From contig OZ245842.1 in NCBI GenBank assembly GCA_965228895.1, positions 4,704,001 to 4,768,000 of the forward strand: a stretch of 64,000 nucleotides of DNA, written 5' to 3'. The first letter of the stretch is position 1. Each line of letters starts with the position of its first letter. The notes beneath the pieces are model-generated. The model did no database searches. It saw only the letters and a program-made list of their open reading frames with translations, and was not told the origin of the DNA. The position numbers and the translations under genes were made by a program. Positions 18,679 to 28,405 of this stretch are shown here, one piece after another. The stretch is from Alphaproteobacteria bacterium (GTDB lineage Bacteria > Pseudomonadota > Alphaproteobacteria > SP197).

Positions 18679-20197
18679 TGTCCGTCGTCTCCCGTTCGTC
18701 GACATCGCCTATGCTGAGACCCCTGAGCGAAGCGCCGCCCCTGTAATAGGCCACCGAGGCGTCGCGCATCGGCTGGAAGTCCCAACTTTGTGCCCTACCC
18801 TCGGCCATGGCGGCGCCGACCGCAAGCCGGCGTTGCTGGCTCGCCATGATGGCGGCGGTCAGGTGTTCAAAGTCCCATCGCCGCGCCACTTCGTCCGCGA
18901 AAGCCTGTTCGACCGCGGCCAGCGCCGTCTCGCCGGCGCGGTTGGTTATCTCGTCAGGATCGGTTTTCAGGTCGAACAGCATGGTCGGATAGGCGCTCGA
19001 CGCGATGTACTTCCAGCGGCCCCAGCGCAGCATGACCACCGGCCCGGCGGTGCCTTCCGACAACAGTTCGCCGATCACCGAATCCGGCCAGTCGTCCGAG
19101 GTGTCGTCCATCAAGGGCAACAGGCTCGAACCATCCAGCACATCCGGCAGATAGGCGAGCTCGGTTTCGGCGATCGCGGCGAAGGTCGGCAGCAGGTCGA
19201 CAAGCGAGACGTGAGACCCGCAGCGCGACGGTTTCTTGCCGGGTACGCGCACGATCAACGGCACGCGGACTGCCGGTTCGTAGAAGTTCTTTTTGTACCA
19301 GAGGCCCCGCTCGCCCAGCATTTCGCCGTGATCGGCCGTCACCACGACCACGGTGTCGTCGGCCATGCCGGCCTGCTCCAGCGTATAGAGCATGAGGCCG
19401 ACGTAATCGTCGATCATGGTGATGTTGGCGTAGTAGGCGCGGCGCGTCCGAATGATGTCGGCCTCACTCGGCGTATAGAGGTCCATGCCGTGGTGATAAG
19501 AGAGATCGCGGGCATGGGGATCGCGCTCCTCGATCGGCATGAACGGCACCTTCGGCAAATCGATGGCCGCGTCTTTGTACTGGTTCCAGTAGTACGGCAG
19601 CGCGACGAAGGGATCGTGCGGATGGGTGAACGAGACGACCAGCGCCATCGGCCGATCGTCCGCCGAGCGGGCGTGATCGAAGATGAAGCGCTTGGCCTCG
19701 TGGGCGACCTCCTCGTCATAGTCCAACTGGACCGAGCGCCGGCAGGTGCCCGATTGGCGCACCGGCGTCAGGTCCATGAACCGTTCCTTGACCCCGTTGC
19801 GCCAGTCGGGCGTCCACAGGAAATCGGCGGGATAGATGTCGGTGGTCAGCCGCTCCTCGAACCCGTGCAACTGGTCGGGACCGACAAAGTGCATCTTGCC
19901 GGCCAGCGCCGTGCGGTAGCCGGCGTGCCGCAAGACATGGGCGAAGGTCGGGATATCGGCCGGAAACTCCGAGGCATTGTCGAACGCGCCGATACGCGAC
20001 GCCAACTGGCCGGACATCATGGAAAACCTGGAGGGCGCGCAGAGTGGGAAGTTGCAGTAGGCGCTGTCGAAGACCGTGCCGGTTTCCGCCAGCCCTTGCA
20101 TGTGCGGCGCGCGCACGATGTCATGGCCATAGAACGGCAGACAACGGGCCGCCATCTGGTCGGCCTGGATCATCAGGATGTGGGGTGTCTTTGCCAA
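18671..20197 (-). CDS. betC: Choline sulfatase
   Basis: 'ILMIQADQ', formylglycine motif CAPSR, 'GKMHFVGPDQLHGFEERLTTDIYPADF', 'SQQRR…SWDFQP'. Confidence 0.88.
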   Translation of the reverse strand: MAKTPHILMIQADQMAARCLPFYGHDIVRAPHMQGLAETGTVFDSAYCNFPLCAPSRFSMMSGQLASRIGAFDNASEFPADIPTFAHVLRHAGYRTALAGKMHFVGPDQLHGFEERLTTDIYPADFLWTPDWRNGVKERFMDLTPVRQSGTCRRSVQLDYDEEVAHEAKRFIFDHARSADDRPMALVVSFTHPHDPFVALPYYWNQYKDAAIDLPKVPFMPIEERDPHARDLSYHHGMDLYTPSEADIIRTRRAYYANITMIDDYVGLMLYTLEQAGMADDTVVVVTADHGEMLGERGLWYKKNFYEPAVRVPLIVRVPGKKPSRCGSHVSLVDLLPTFAAIAETELAYLPDVLDGSSLLPLMDDTSDDWPDSVIGELLSEGTAGPVVMLRWGRWKYIASSAYPTMLFDLKTDPDEITNRAGETALAAVEQAFADEVARRWDFEHLTAAIMASQQRRLAVGAAMAEGRAQSWDFQPMRDASVAYYRGGASLRGLSIGDVDERETTDIE

Positions 20198-20342
20198 ACC
20201 GTCGCTCCCGGATGCCGGAACTTCCGGCGCCCTCAGTTGTGCGTCTCGACCATAGCCCATCTGCGTACGGCGCGGACATCTTACGATTGCCCCGCCATCA
20301 CGACAGCGCGATGATGCGCTGCGCCAACGATGGAGGTCCGCC

Positions 20343-21449
20343 ATGGCCGACCTGACCGGTTTCACCAATTCCGGCGACCGCCTTGAGCTCTCCTGGAGCG
20401 ACGGCCGCCACGATACGGTTTATGCGATCTGGCTGCGCGACAACTCGCCCAATCCGGACGCGCGCCACGCGAGCGGCCAGAAGCTTTTCGACATCACCGA
20501 CATCGACGACGACGTCATGATCGACCACGTCGCTAATGGCGGCGGCATGGTGGAGATCCGCTTCGCACCGGACGGCCACGAGGCGCGCTACGACGTCGAC
20601 TGGTTGCGTTTGAACGCCGCGCCGACGCACCGTGATCACCCGCGCCGCCTTTGGGGTGCGGAGCTGGGCGACGTCATGCCGGTTTTTCGTTATGGCGAGG
20701 TCGTCAGCAATGACACCGCCAAGCGCGCCTGGCTATCAGCCATCAGCGAACTGGGTTTTGCGCTCCTGAAAGAGACGCCGTGCGAACCTGAAATGGTGTG
20801 CCGTGTCGCCGAGCTGTTCGGCTATGTGCGCGAGACGAACTACGGGCGCTTCTTCGAGGTCAGGACCGAGCCGGACCCGATCAACCTGGCCTATACGCCC
20901 ATGGGCCTGTCCTGCCATACCGACAACCCCTATCGCGATCCGGTGCCAGGCCTGCAGTTGCTGCACTGTCTGGTCGCCGATAACGATGGCGGTGAGTCCG
21001 TCGTCGTCGACGGGTTCAAGGCGGCCGCGATTCTGCGCGACGAAGCGCCGGATGACTTTGAGCTCCTGACCCGCCACGCCGTGCCGTTCCGGTTTTCCAG
21101 CGACAGCGCCGACCTCGTCGCGCGCGCGCGGCTGATCAGCCTGGACGACAAGGGCGACGTCGCGGAGGTGCGTTTCAACAACCGGTCGATCGCCACCTTC
21201 GATCTGTCCGCCGACATCATGCCCGCCTTCTACCGCGCATACCGCCGATTCGCCGAGGTACTGCAGCGCCCCGAACTGGAAGTCGGTTTCAAGGCCGGCC
21301 CCGGTGACCTCTTCATCGTCGACAACCAGCGTGTGCTGCACGGGCGGCGGACGGTCAGCGGCTCGGGCCGCCGGCATCTGCAAGGCTGCTACGCCGACAA
21401 GGATTCGTTGGAGAGCACGCTGCGCCTGCTCGAACGGGAGACCGCATGA
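20343..21449 (+). CDS. tmpA: Fe(II)/2-oxoglutarate dioxygenase, gamma-butyrobetaine hydroxylase family (TmpA-like)
   Basis: N-terminal GBBH-like domain 'WLRDN', 'RETNYG', 'HTDNPYRDP', 'DNQRVLHGR', 'RHLQGCY'; adjacent HD oxygenase. Confidence 0.75.
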   Translation: MADLTGFTNSGDRLELSWSDGRHDTVYAIWLRDNSPNPDARHASGQKLFDITDIDDDVMIDHVANGGGMVEIRFAPDGHEARYDVDWLRLNAAPTHRDHPRRLWGAELGDVMPVFRYGEVVSNDTAKRAWLSAISELGFALLKETPCEPEMVCRVAELFGYVRETNYGRFFEVRTEPDPINLAYTPMGLSCHTDNPYRDPVPGLQLLHCLVADNDGGESVVVDGFKAAAILRDEAPDDFELLTRHAVPFRFSSDSADLVARARLISLDDKGDVAEVRFNNRSIATFDLSADIMPAFYRAYRRFAEVLQRPELEVGFKAGPGDLFIVDNQRVLHGRRTVSGSGRRHLQGCYADKDSLESTLRLLERETA

Positions 21450-21856
21450 TCCGCGGTATCAATCACATCACGCTCTCCATTGCCGACCTCAACCGCTCGC
21501 TTACCTTTTACCGAGATGTTCTGGGATGCCGTGTCGCCGCGCGGTGGGATGACGGCTGCTACCTCGAAGCCGGCGATCTTTGGCTGGCGCTCGTGGTCGA
21601 AGACAACGTGCGATCGGCGCCGCTACCGGAATACACACATCTTGCGTTCGACGTCGCCGCCGCCGACTTTGCCGCTATGACCGATCGGGTCGGACAATCC
21701 GGCGCAGAGGTCTTCCAGGACAACAGCACCGAGGGTGAGTCGCTCTATTTCCTCGATCCCGACGGCCACAAGCTTGAGCTTCATGTCGGCAGCCTGGGCA
21801 CGCGCCTTGACGAGATGCGGCGCGAACCGTGGGACGGTCTTGAGGTTCTCGGCTAG
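21446..21856 (+). CDS. FosA-family VOC metalloenzyme (fosfomycin glutathione transferase-like)
   Basis: 'GINHITL', 'ARWDDGCYLEAGDLWLAL', 'YTHLAF', 'NSTEGESLYFLDPDGHKLELHVGSL..RL' track FosA closely; ATGA overlap with tmpA. Confidence 0.8.
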   Translation: MIRGINHITLSIADLNRSLTFYRDVLGCRVAARWDDGCYLEAGDLWLALVVEDNVRSAPLPEYTHLAFDVAAADFAAMTDRVGQSGAEVFQDNSTEGESLYFLDPDGHKLELHVGSLGTRLDEMRREPWDGLEVLG

Positions 21857-21868
21857 GAAGAAACTGCC

Positions 21869-22486
21869 ATGATCGCAAAAACGCTTCTGTCCGATCTGAC
21901 GCCCGACAACGTCGTCGACAAGCTGGACGCCCTGTTCGCCGCGATTGCCGGGACGAGCTACTTGGGCGAACCCATCACCATCGCCGAGCACATGCTGCAA
22001 TCGGCCGCCTGTGCCCAACGCGATGGCGCCGATGACGCGCTGATCGCCGCCGCGCTGCTGCACGATGTCGGCTACTACGTCGATCCCGCACCGGACAACG
22101 AGAACGAAACCGACCTTAGAAAACGCCATGATCTGGCCGCCGCACGTATCCTGGCGCCCGTATTGCCGGCCGCCGTGACCGAGCCGATCCGGCTTCACGT
22201 CGACGCCAAGCGTTATCTCTGCGCCATCGAACCCGCTTACTGCGACAAGCTTTCCGATGCGTCGAAGCACACCATGCGGCTTCAGGGCGGCGTCATGGAT
22301 GCCGATCAGGCCAAGGTCTTCGCTGGCGAAGCCTATTGCGAGGACGCGGTCCGCCTGCGCCGATGGGACGACGAAGGCAAGACGCCGGATGTTGCCGTGC
22401 CCGGTTTCGAAGCCTATCGCGCCATGCTGGAAACCCTGTCGCACGAGCATACGGGAGCTTCCAGAGCAGGCTTTGCCTCCGCCTAG
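21869..22486 (+). CDS. tmpB: HD-domain mixed-valent diiron oxygenase (TmpB/PhnZ-like)
   Basis: 'YLGEPITIAEHMLQ', 'ALLHD', 'RLHVDAKRYL', 'LSDASKHTMRLQGG', 'LRRWDDEGK'. Confidence 0.75.
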   Translation: MIAKTLLSDLTPDNVVDKLDALFAAIAGTSYLGEPITIAEHMLQSAACAQRDGADDALIAAALLHDVGYYVDPAPDNENETDLRKRHDLAAARILAPVLPAAVTEPIRLHVDAKRYLCAIEPAYCDKLSDASKHTMRLQGGVMDADQAKVFAGEAYCEDAVRLRRWDDEGKTPDVAVPGFEAYRAMLETLSHEHTGASRAGFASA

Positions 22487-22572
22487 CCAACCCGCCGCAA
22501 TTGGAGTAAGAGCGGTCGATATCGACTGAGCGCGGCGATCCACTTAACCGCGACGCGCGTAAGGACATTGTT

Positions 22573-22761
22573 ATGGGCGTTATCATCATTCTTCTCGCCA
22601 TCTCGACCCTGGGCGTCCTGTTCCTGGGCCTGGGCGGCTTTATCGCCGGCGGTCAGTTCAACGAGAAGTACGGCAACCGGATCATGCAGGCCCGCGTCGT
22701 GCTGCAAGGCATCACCGTGCTGTTGATCATGCTCGCCCTGCTTGCCAGCGGTTCGAGCTGA
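22573..22761 (+). CDS. Twin transmembrane helix small protein (HIG1-like)
   Basis: 'GGQFNEKYGNRIMQARVVLQG'; conserved position upstream of pduO-etfB. Confidence 0.8.
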   Translation: MGVIIILLAISTLGVLFLGLGGFIAGGQFNEKYGNRIMQARVVLQGITVLLIMLALLASGSS

Positions 22762-23325
22762 GTGGTCAAACTCGACAAGATCTATACGCGCGGCGGCGAC
22801 AAGGGCGAGACATCGCTGGGCGACGGTCGCCGGGTCGCCAAGCACGACCTGAGGGTCGCCGCCTACGGCACCGCCGATGAGGCCAACAGCGTGCTGGGGC
22901 TGGCCCGCCTGCAGACGGACGGCGACGACGACGCCATGCTGGCGCGCATCCAGAACGATCTGTTCGATCTGGGCGCCGATCTCTGCACGCCCCACGACGC
23001 CAAGCGGGCGGCCGGCGCGCTTCGGATTACCGCCGATCAGGTGGCCCGTCTGGAGGCTGAAATCGATGCCATGAATGAGGCGCTGAACCCGCTGACCTCG
23101 TTCATTCTGCCCGGCGGCAAGCCGGCAGCGGCCTGGCTCCATCTGGCGCGCACCATTGTGCGGCGCAGCGAAAGGCTGATGACCGAGCTGGCCGGCAGCG
23201 AAGAGGTTAATCCGGAGGCCGTCAAGTACGTGAACCGGCTCTCCGACCATTTGTTTGTCCTGGCGCGGCGCCTTAATGACAACGGCACTGCCGATGTTTT
23301 GTGGCAACCGGGCAGCACCCAATAG
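22762..23325 (+). CDS. Cob(I)alamin adenosyltransferase (PduO type)
   Basis: 'KIYTRGGDKGETSL', 'AYGTADEANS', 'FILPGG', 'RRSER', 'YVNRLSDHLF'. Confidence 0.93.
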   Translation: MVKLDKIYTRGGDKGETSLGDGRRVAKHDLRVAAYGTADEANSVLGLARLQTDGDDDAMLARIQNDLFDLGADLCTPHDAKRAAGALRITADQVARLEAEIDAMNEALNPLTSFILPGGKPAAAWLHLARTIVRRSERLMTELAGSEEVNPEAVKYVNRLSDHLFVLARRLNDNGTADVLWQPGSTQ

Positions 23326-23471
23326 AAATCGTCCCAAAATCGCACACCGGCGATTCTGCGCGTTGACATTGGGTCCCGCGCGGTCCTAGTTTTCGCACCT
23401 GCGAAATGAGCGGGAATGCGCCGCCTGACCCGCCCCTCGTGTAATCCCCTGAAGTCCTGGAGACGGAAGCG

Positions 23472-24220
<749 letters not shown>

Positions 24221-24221
<1 letters not shown>

Positions 24222-25174
24222 TGGCGATCCTCGTCTATGCCGAACACGACAACGCGGAGCTGAAGCCCGCGACGTTGAATGCCGTGACCGCCGCCCAGGC
24301 GATGGGCGGCGATATCGAGCTTCTGGTTGCCGGCGACGGTTGTGATGCCGTTGCCGAAGCCGGATCCAAGGTCGCCGGTGTTTCCAAGGTGCTGGTCGCC
24401 CAGGACGCCGCCTATAAAGATCAACTGGCCGAGAACGTCGCGCCGCTGATCGCTAAGCTCGCACCCAGTTACAGCCACGTGGTGGCCGGTGCGACGACGA
24501 CCGGCAAGAACGTGATGCCGCGCGCCGCCGCTCTGCTCGATACCCAGCAGGTCTCCGACATCATCGAGGTCGAAAGCGCCGATACCTTCGTGCGTCCGAT
24601 CTATGCCGGCAACGCCATGGCGACCGTGCAGTCGTCCGACCCCGTCAAGCTGATCACCGTGCGCACGACTGCGTTCGCACCGGCTGAGGAGACTGGCGGT
24701 TCGGCTGGCGTCGAAGCCGTCGACGGCACCGGCGATGCGGGCCTCTCGAGCTTTGAAGGCGCCGCGCTTTCGTCGAGCGAACGTCCCGAACTGACGACCG
24801 CCCGAGTCGTTATCTCCGGTGGTCGTGGCATGCAGTCGGGCGACAACTTCCACATGCTGGAAGAGGTCGCTGACATCCTGGGCGCCGCCGTCGGCGCCAG
24901 CCGCGCCGCGGTTGATGCGGGTTATGTGCCCAACGACTACCAGGTCGGCCAGACCGGCAAGGTCGTCGCGCCCGAGCTTTATCTGGCGGTCGGCATCTCC
25001 GGTGCGATCCAGCATCTGGCCGGCATGAAAGACAGCAAGGTCATCGCCTGCATCAACAAGGATGAGGAAGCGCCGATCTTCCAGGTCGCCGATTTCGGCC
25101 TGGTCGCGGATCTGTTCCAGGCCCTGCCCGAGCTGCGTGACAAGTTGAGCGAGAAGGGTATTCAGGCCCGCTAG
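24221..25174 (+). CDS. etfA: Electron transfer flavoprotein subunit alpha
   Basis: 'RPIYAGN', 'SGGRG', '[10 protein letters not shown]', 'QVGQTGK', 'GISGAIQH'. Confidence 0.97.
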
Positions 25175-25310
25175 AGCAGATCCCACTTTGACGGGATCGC
25201 TTCGCGATACCGTCAAAGTGGGTGAATCTGCTCTATTCATAGAATGAGAGCGGATTCACGCAGTTAGGTGGAACCGTCGACCGGTTCCTCCAAACCACGA
25301 TCCGCTCTAA
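25171..25310. repeat. Double-hairpin intergenic element, family A copy 1 (RIME/Bru-RS-like)
   Basis: TAGAGCAGATCC-stem-GGTGAATCTGCTCTA, short spacer, then AGAGCGGATTCACG…GGAACCG-loop-CGGTTC…CACGATCCGCTCTA. Confidence 0.8.
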
Positions 25311-25346
25311 GAAGGACCTGACCGAAAAGGAAGGTTAGTCAGTACC

Positions 25347-26222
25347 ATGGACATCCAATCCATCGGGGTTATCGGCGCCGGAGCCATGGGTTCCGGCATC
25401 GCCCACGTCTGTGCCCTGTCGGGCCTCGACGTCAAGCTGATCGACGCCGAGCGCGAGCGGTCGGAAAAGGGATTGGAGACGATCACCAAGAACATGGAAC
25501 GCCAGGTTCGCCGTGGCCTGATCAACCAGGACGACATGGACGCCGGCCTGAAGCGTATCCAGATCATCGACGATTTCTCGGACTTCGGCGACACCGATTG
25601 CGTGATCGAGGCGGCGGTCGAGAACGAAAAGGTGAAGAAAGAAATCTTCGCCGAGCTGGTGCCCCACCTGAAGCCTGAGGCGATCCTGTGTTCGAACACC
25701 TCGTCGATCCCGATCACCCGGCTGGGCGCGTCGACCGATCGACCGGAAAAGTTCATGGGCATGCACTTCATGAACCCGGTGCCGGTCATGAAGCTGGTCG
25801 AACTGATCCGCGGTCTGGCGACCGACCAGGAAACCTTCGACACGATTCGCGATCTGACCATCCGGCTGGAGAAACAGCCAGCCAACGCTGAGGACTTCCC
25901 GGCCTTCATCGTCAACCGTATCCTGCTGCCGATGATCAACGAGGCCGTCTATGCGCTGTACGAAGGCGTCGGCAATGTTGAATCGATCGATACCGCCATG
26001 AAGCTCGGCGCCAACCACCCGATGGGTCCGCTCGAACTCGCCGATTTCATCGGTCTCGACGTCTGCCTGTCGGTCATGCAGGTGCTCTACGAAGGTCTGG
26101 CCGATAGCAAGTACCGGCCGTGCCCGCTGCTCGCCAAGTATGTCGAGGCCGGCTGGCTGGGCCGAAAATCCGGCAAGGGCTTCTACGACTACACCGGCGA
26201 CGAACCGGTCCCGACCCGCTGA
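25347..26222 (+). CDS. hbd: 3-hydroxybutyryl-CoA dehydrogenase
   Basis: GAGAMG, EAAVEN, SNTSS, GMHFMNP, 'FIVNRIL', 'GANHPMGPL'. Confidence 0.93.
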   Translation: MDIQSIGVIGAGAMGSGIAHVCALSGLDVKLIDAERERSEKGLETITKNMERQVRRGLINQDDMDAGLKRIQIIDDFSDFGDTDCVIEAAVENEKVKKEIFAELVPHLKPEAILCSNTSSIPITRLGASTDRPEKFMGMHFMNPVPVMKLVELIRGLATDQETFDTIRDLTIRLEKQPANAEDFPAFIVNRILLPMINEAVYALYEGVGNVESIDTAMKLGANHPMGPLELADFIGLDVCLSVMQVLYEGLADSKYRPCPLLAKYVEAGWLGRKSGKGFYDYTGDEPVPTR

Positions 26223-26316
26223 TCCGGCTGGCGCGCGCTGATTTGATTCGCGACATCACCAGCCCGCTCCCCCGCCGATTTCGTGCCAACAGAAAATCAC
26301 CTAGTATCGCCGCATC

Positions 26317-27285
26317 ATGAAAGCCGGCGACCCCCTCCTCTATCTTTCCAGCGCGACACTCGCGTCTCTCGACGTCAGCACGGACGACGTGGTGGCCGCG
26401 ATCGAGGGACTGTTGAAGGGCCGCTTGGCCGACAAGGTCTGGAATGCGCCCAAGAGCGCCCTGGAGCCGGGCCGCCGCCGTTACTTCATGAACACCCTCT
26501 CGGTTTCCGATGATCCGCCCTATGGCGCGGTCAAGGCTCTGGGGCTCAGCCCCGACAACCCGTCGCGCGGCATGGAGTCGATCGGTTCACTGGTCGTGCT
26601 GCTCGACAGCGAGACCGGCTGGCCGATCGCCGTGATGGACGGCAACTGGGTGACCGCGATCCGCACGGCCGGCCTAAGCGCCGTCGCAGCGAAGTACATG
26701 GCGCGACCGGACTCAGCGATCATCGCCTTTATCGGCTGCGGCGTGCAGGCGCGCAGCCATCTCGACGCTTTCGCCCAGATGTTTCCGCTGAAAGAAGTCC
26801 GTGCCTTCGGTCGTGGTGCCACGAACCGCGATCGTCTGTGCGGGATTGCCAAGGACAAGGGCCTTGATGCGGTCGCCAGCGACACGGCGCAGGCGGCCAT
26901 CGAGGGCGCCGATCTCATCGTCACCTCGGTGCCGGTCGTGCTCGACGTCGACCCGTTTCTTGACGCCACCTGGCTGAAGCCGGGCGCCTTCGCCGCCATA
27001 ACCGATCTGGCCCGCCCCTGGATCGACGACAGCCTGAGCGCGCTCGACCGCGTCGTCGTCGACGATTTGGAGCAGGAGAGAACGTTGCCCAAACCCCTGG
27101 TCGATCCGGCGCTGGTTGCCGGCGATATCACGGGGCTTGCCACCGGCGAGGTGGCGGGCCGCGAAAACGACGACCAGACGACCGCGTTTATCTTCCGGGG
27201 TCTTTCGCTGGGCGATTTGGCGCTTGCCTATCTGGGCTACGAACGCGCCCGCGCCGTAGGGGCCGGGGTCGAACTGGAACGTTAG
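26317..27285 (+). CDS. Ornithine cyclodeaminase / mu-crystallin family protein, copy 1
   Basis: 'TAIRTAGLSAVAA', 'IGCGVQARSH', 'FRGLSLGDLA'. Confidence 0.88.
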   Translation: MKAGDPLLYLSSATLASLDVSTDDVVAAIEGLLKGRLADKVWNAPKSALEPGRRRYFMNTLSVSDDPPYGAVKALGLSPDNPSRGMESIGSLVVLLDSETGWPIAVMDGNWVTAIRTAGLSAVAAKYMARPDSAIIAFIGCGVQARSHLDAFAQMFPLKEVRAFGRGATNRDRLCGIAKDKGLDAVASDTAQAAIEGADLIVTSVPVVLDVDPFLDATWLKPGAFAAITDLARPWIDDSLSALDRVVVDDLEQERTLPKPLVDPALVAGDITGLATGEVAGRENDDQTTAFIFRGLSLGDLALAYLGYERARAVGAGVELER

Positions 27286-27299
27286 GCCGAGTCTTCGTT

Positions 27300-28268
27300 G
27301 TGAAAGCCGGCGAACCGCTTCTTTATCTCTCCCGCGCGGCTCTCGAAACACTCGCTATCAGCACGGCCGATGGCGTTGCCGCGATCGAGAGGCTGTTCAC
27401 GGGCCGCGCCCAAGGTACCGTCTGGAACGCGAGCAAAGTCGGGATCTCACCCGGCGATGGCCGCTACTTCTTGAGTACGCTGTCGGCCGCCAACGATCCG
27501 CCCTATGCGGCGGTAAAGGCACTGGGTCTCAACCCGGCGAACAAGGCCGATGGTCTCGCCTCGATCGGCGCGCTGGTCGTGCTCCACGACAGCGACACCG
27601 GCTGGCCGATCGCCATGATGGATGGCAACTGGGTGACGGCGATCCGAACGGCGGGCCTGAGCGCCGTTGCCGCGACGCATCTTGCCAGGAAAGACGCGAG
27701 CACGATGGCCTTCATCGGCTGCGGCGCGCAGGCAAGAAGCCACCTCGATGCTTTCGCTGATCTGTTTCCTCTCCAAGAGATCCGCGCCTTCGGACGGGGC
27801 ACGGCCAACCGCGATCGTCTATGCGCCATCGCCCGCGACAAAGGTTTGAAGGCGATGGCCAGCGCGACCGCCCGCGAAGCGGTCGAGGGCGCCGATATCA
27901 TCGTCACTTCGGTTTCTGCTGGTCCCGGCCTCGAACCCTTCCTTGATGCCGCCTGGCTGGGCGCGGGCGCCTTTGCGGCGATCACAGACCTACACGGGCC
28001 GTGGCGCGCCGACACCTTCACGGCGTTTGACCGCATCGTTATCGACGATCTGGAACAGGACCGCGACTTGGGCAAACCTTTGGTCGATCCCAAACTGGTG
28101 AGCGGTGACTTCACCGGCCTCATCACCGGTGACGTTCCCGACCGGAAAAACGAAAAGGAACGGACCGCCTTCATTTTTCGCGGTCTGGCCCTGGGCGATC
28201 TGGCGCTTGCCTACCTCGCCTATGAGGCCGCCCAGAAAGCGGGTATCGGACTCAGCCTGGAACGTTAG
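27300..28268 (+). CDS. Ornithine cyclodeaminase / mu-crystallin family protein, copy 2
   Basis: Colinear tandem paralog of identical length (322 aa); GTG start. Confidence 0.88.
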   Translation: MKAGEPLLYLSRAALETLAISTADGVAAIERLFTGRAQGTVWNASKVGISPGDGRYFLSTLSAANDPPYAAVKALGLNPANKADGLASIGALVVLHDSDTGWPIAMMDGNWVTAIRTAGLSAVAATHLARKDASTMAFIGCGAQARSHLDAFADLFPLQEIRAFGRGTANRDRLCAIARDKGLKAMASATAREAVEGADIIVTSVSAGPGLEPFLDAAWLGAGAFAAITDLHGPWRADTFTAFDRIVIDDLEQDRDLGKPLVDPKLVSGDFTGLITGDVPDRKNEKERTAFIFRGLALGDLALAYLAYEAAQKAGIGLSLER

Positions 28269-28405
28269 AGCAGATCCTGTTGTTGGTGATGTCGCGAAGC
28301 GGTTCCGCCAACAACAGGTGAATCTGCTCTACTTAGTGATACAGAGCGGATTCACGTGGATAGGGGGAACCGTGCACGGTTCACCCTAACCACGACCCGC
28401 TCTAG
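28265..28405. repeat. Double-hairpin intergenic element, family A copy 2
   Basis: Same conserved ends and bulges as 25171-25310 with different inner stems (CCTGTTGTTGG/CCAACAACAGG). Confidence 0.8.

Noticed and set aside
26231-26260. SAM-II-like start GCGCGCTGATTTGA upstream of the OCD genes
   Set aside because: The downstream TTGCA pairing and GCTAAA tail are missing.
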